NCBI GenBank assembly: GCA_964576115.1
Contig: CAZNUA010000018.1
Coordinates: forward strand, 45,196-65,195
Reading direction: 5' to 3'
DNA from: an uncultured Gemmatimonadota bacterium
GTDB lineage: Bacteria; Blakebacterota; Blakebacteria; Blakebacterales; Blakebacteraceae
DNA: 20,000 bases
The translations under genes were made by a program, and so were the position numbers. The notes below the pieces were generated by a model, which did no database searches, was not told the DNA's origin, and saw only the letters and a program-made list of their open reading frames with translations. This document shows, piece after piece, positions 17,425 to 20,000 of this stretch (position 1 is the stretch's first letter; each line of letters starts with the position of its first letter).

Positions 17425-18128
17425 ATGTCAGACGTCGAACTGCTGAATCGAGCCCGTACCGGTGACGCCGGGGCCTTTTCGGCCCTGGTCGACCGCCACG
17501 CCGGCGCCGTCTGGAACTACCTGTACCGGTTCATGCCCGCCCGCGCCGACCGTGAGGACCTCTTACAGGATGTTCTCGTCAAGGCCTGGCTCCGGCTGAA
17601 TTCCTACGATCCGGGGCGCGGTGAGTTCCGGACCTGGCTTCTGCGCCTGGCCGCCACCACCTNNNNNNNNNNNNNNNNNNNNNNNNNNNNNNNNNNNNNN
17701 NNNNNNNNNNNNNNNNNNNNNNNNNNNNNNNNNNNNNNNNNNNNNNNNNNNNNNNNNNNNNNGATCCGGGGCGCGGTGAGTTCCGGACCTGGCTTCTGCG
17801 CCTGGCCGCCACCACCTCGCTGGACGAACTCAAACACCGCCGGCGCGAGCGAACCCGGATCGAGTCATATGCCGGAACGGTCGAGAAAGTCACCACACCG
17901 ACTGACGGTTCGGCCGCCTCGCCCGGCTGCGAGGAGATTCGCGCTGCCCTCGAATCACTCTCCGATACCGAGCGACAGGTCGTCGTTCTCTCCTTCTACC
18001 ACGATCTGTCCATGCCCCGGATAGCCGCTCTGCTCGACATCCCCCTGGGGACGATCAAGTCGCGGATGCGCAGTGCCCTGGCGCGCCTGAGAGAGCGGAC
18101 GCCCATACTCAAGGCAGGTGATCTGTGA
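17425..18128 (+). CDS. ECF sigma-70 factor, interrupted by an assembly gap (182 aa once the duplication is collapsed)
   Basis: Region 2 before the gap: GDAGAFSALV, EDLLQDVLVKAW, FRTWLLRLA. Region 4 after it: LESLSDTERQVVVL, IAALLDIPLGTIKSRM. GGAGGA RBS; the stop overlaps the anti-sigma start (TGATG). Confidence 0.9.
17608..17817. other. 100-N scaffold gap (17663-17762) flanked by an identical 55-bp duplication
   Basis: 17608-17662 is identical to 17763-17817. Confidence 0.95.
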
Positions 18129-19360
18129 TGAAGCATCTCGCCGCAGACGAGATCCTCGACTATCTCAAAGGCAGAACCGGCCCCGAAACCTCGGCCCTGA
18201 TCCGTCGGCACCTGGAGGAATGCGAGGTCTGCCGCTGTGAACTCGCCGCCCTGGAAACCACCACGACGTGGCTCGAGGCGTGGCCCGACGAAGCGGTCCC
18301 CGATGACGTCCTCGGGCGGGTCAAAGACACTCTTTCGGGACTCTCGCCGGTGCCGGTTGAGGCCCTGCCCGCCAACGGAAGCGCCCGCCGGTCCGGCCGC
18401 CCGTGGCCGGCCAGGTTCGCCACCGCGGCGGCCGCCATCGTCGCCCTGCTGCTGGTCCAGACCTTTCTCTGGACTCCCTTCGGGACGACCGTCAACGTGC
18501 AGGGCCTGCTCACCCTGGCCCCACCGGCGATGGCCATGACGGCCGGGCAGACCGTACCCGACACGGTGCTGGTGATCACCCTGCATCCCGACGGAACGGT
18601 GAGCGTGCCGCTGATCGAGGGTCAACTCGCGTTCGACGATCTGACCGACCGGCTTCCCGGAATGGTCGGGGCGGACAGGTGGCGGACGATTCTCCTGCTG
18701 GGTTCAGATCCCGAGCATCCGGTCTCGATCCGGCTCGACCGTTTCGAGGCTCTCAAGGAGGCACTCGGAATCGACAACCTGCGTGTCGGAAGCGGGGTCG
18801 TGGGTGTGGCGCCCTTCTTCTGGTCGCATTCTCATCCCACCTGGAGTTTCAGGCGGGGTGTCCCGTTCGTCGCCCGTGGTGACTCCCTCAACCTGCCGGC
18901 GTTTTTCAATGAGTTCGCCGTTCCGGCCAGGGAAGAAGGACTCCAGTGGATCTTCTCTCCGGGCCAGGGCCTGCCCGGTCACTGGGTGTACCGGCCGGAA
19001 GAGGAGGGGGGCTCCATCTTCGCCTTCTCTCCGGGGAGTTGGAGTGTACCGGGACAGTGGTTCGCATCCGGTCCCGGGGCCGGTTCCGATGCGGAAGCAG
19101 TTCTGGAGTACAGCGCCCTGACCGAAGGCAACGGGATCACCGCCGCGATCACCGACGAGGGCCGGATCATCTTCAGCCGGGGAACGGCTGAGGAGAACCT
19201 GGCCGTGGAGCAGCTGCGGGCCCTGGCCGAACTCATCCCCGATCTGCATGTGAAGATCCTCGTTCCCGAAGACCGCCTGGACCAGGCCCGTGAACTCGAG
19301 TTCGCCGCCCGCCAGCTCGGGATCGAGTCGATCGAGATTGTGAAAGTGAAGAAGAAATAG
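18128..19360 (+). CDS. Transmembrane ZAS (zf-HC2) anti-sigma factor with two putative ExbD/TolR-like extracytoplasmic domains
   Basis: HLEECEVC (HxxxCxxC), TM FATAAAAIVALLLVQTFLW, coupled to the ECF sigma gene. The ExbD-like assignment is by eye. Confidence 0.85.
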   Translation: MKHLAADEILDYLKGRTGPETSALIRRHLEECEVCRCELAALETTTTWLEAWPDEAVPDDVLGRVKDTLSGLSPVPVEALPANGSARRSGRPWPARFATAAAAIVALLLVQTFLWTPFGTTVNVQGLLTLAPPAMAMTAGQTVPDTVLVITLHPDGTVSVPLIEGQLAFDDLTDRLPGMVGADRWRTILLLGSDPEHPVSIRLDRFEALKEALGIDNLRVGSGVVGVAPFFWSHSHPTWSFRRGVPFVARGDSLNLPAFFNEFAVPAREEGLQWIFSPGQGLPGHWVYRPEEEGGSIFAFSPGSWSVPGQWFASGPGAGSDAEAVLEYSALTEGNGITAAITDEGRIIFSRGTAEENLAVEQLRALAELIPDLHVKILVPEDRLDQARELEFAARQLGIESIEIVKVKKK

Positions 19361-19474
19361 CCGAACAACCGGAGGGAAGGTCCGGATCCAGAATTTATCT
19401 GGAACGTCCTGAGTGTCACCTGCGCAGGAATGATGATTGCATCCCACCAGGTCCTGGTGTTGAGAAGAGGGTGA

Positions 19475-19527
19475 CATTAGTAAATTAAGGTGTACTCTAG
19501 AACACTCATTAGTTTATTAGAGTGTAC
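19475..19527. repeat. AT-rich imperfect 21-bp direct repeat, two copies 32 bp apart
   Basis: CATTAGTAAATTAAGGTGTAC (19475-19495) vs CATTAGTTTATTAGAGTGTAC (19507-19527), 17/21 identical. Confidence 0.7.
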
Positions 19528-19567
19528 CTGATTATACCAACGCACACATCCGGGGGTGATCGCCGCC

Positions 19568-20000
19568 ATGAAACCGCGCTACATCGCCGAGAGTATCGAA
19601 GCGGATCTCGCCGAGAAGATGGTCTTCGTGGGCGGTCCGCGCCAGGTGGGTAAAACGACACTCGCTCTGTCTCTGCTTGGCCGGGACCAGAATGAATCGT
19701 CGCCGGCATACCTGAACTGGGACTCACTGGCCGACCGTGAGGATATCCTGGCGGCACGGATTCCGGCCGGACAGAAGCGCATCGTTTTCGATGAAGTCCA
19801 CAAGTACGCCCAGTGGCGCAACCTGATGAAGGGACTCTTCGACACAAACAGGTCTTCGGTCGAGTTCCTGGTCACCGGTTCCGCGCGGCTCGACTACTAT
19901 CGCAAGGGTGGTGACTCGCTGCAGGGGCGATATCACTACTATCGCCTGCATCCCTTCTCGGTGATGGAAATCGAATCCGCCCCGGACAACCAGGGAGCCG
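19568..20000 (+). CDS. AAA+ ATPase (AAA_14 / COG1373, usually with DUF4143), 5' part only
   Basis: Not in the ORF track because it runs off the window. Translates as MKPRYIAESI..MVFVGGPRQVGKTT (Walker A), IVFDEVHK (Walker B), LVTGSARL, DSLQGRY..YRLHPFS. Confidence 0.93.
   Translation, partial: MKPRYIAESIEADLAEKMVFVGGPRQVGKTTLALSLLGRDQNESSPAYLNWDSLADREDILAARIPAGQKRIVFDEVHKYAQWRNLMKGLFDTNRSSVEFLVTGSARLDYYRKGGDSLQGRYHYYRLHPFSVMEIESAPDNQGA

Noticed and set aside
17381-17446. 21-codon ORF upstream of and overlapping the sigma start
   Set aside because: No SD, out of frame with the sigma gene, no motif; cannot be supported as a leader peptide.
17608-17817. 55-bp direct repeat as a biological repeat or target-site duplication, or the sigma gene as a pseudogene
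   Set aside because: It flanks exactly 100 Ns and collapsing it restores the frame, so an assembly artefact is the simpler explanation.
19475-19527. Direct repeat as a mini CRISPR array or dif site
   Set aside because: Only two degenerate copies with an 11-nt spacer, no cas genes, and no match to the XerCD consensus.

Overview
High-GC bacterial chromosomal window, probably from a metagenome assembly (it contains a 100-N scaffold gap). The Tat substrate, lipoproteins and ExbD-like folds suggest a diderm; the lineage cannot be fixed from sequence alone. It is densely coding, with about 20 genes. In order: the end of a permease / small thioredoxin / ArsR operon; a Tat-exported GH43; a membrane protein; a NatAB-like ABC exporter; a Rieske ferredoxin; two convergent lipoproteins; a DUF2179-like membrane protein; a class C beta-lactamase-like hydrolase; a CoA Nudix; a pyrE-pyrF-pyrD::pyrK cluster; a beta-propeller lipoprotein; a CocE/NonD hydrolase; an ECF sigma / anti-sigma pair; and the start of an AAA_14 ATPase. 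No tRNA, rRNA, CRISPR array or transposase was recognised. Four observations stand out. (1) A zinc-binding anti-sigma factor whose extracytoplasmic part seems to hold two ExbD/TolR-like domains around a Trp/Gly repeat. (2) A single-chain PyrD-PyrK fusion with divergent motifs. (3) An AT-rich 21-bp direct repeat and several palindromes upstream of the AAA ATPase. (4) The break in the sigma gene, which looks like an assembly artefact (a 55-bp duplication flanking the N gap). All family calls are by-eye motif recognition; no database search was run.
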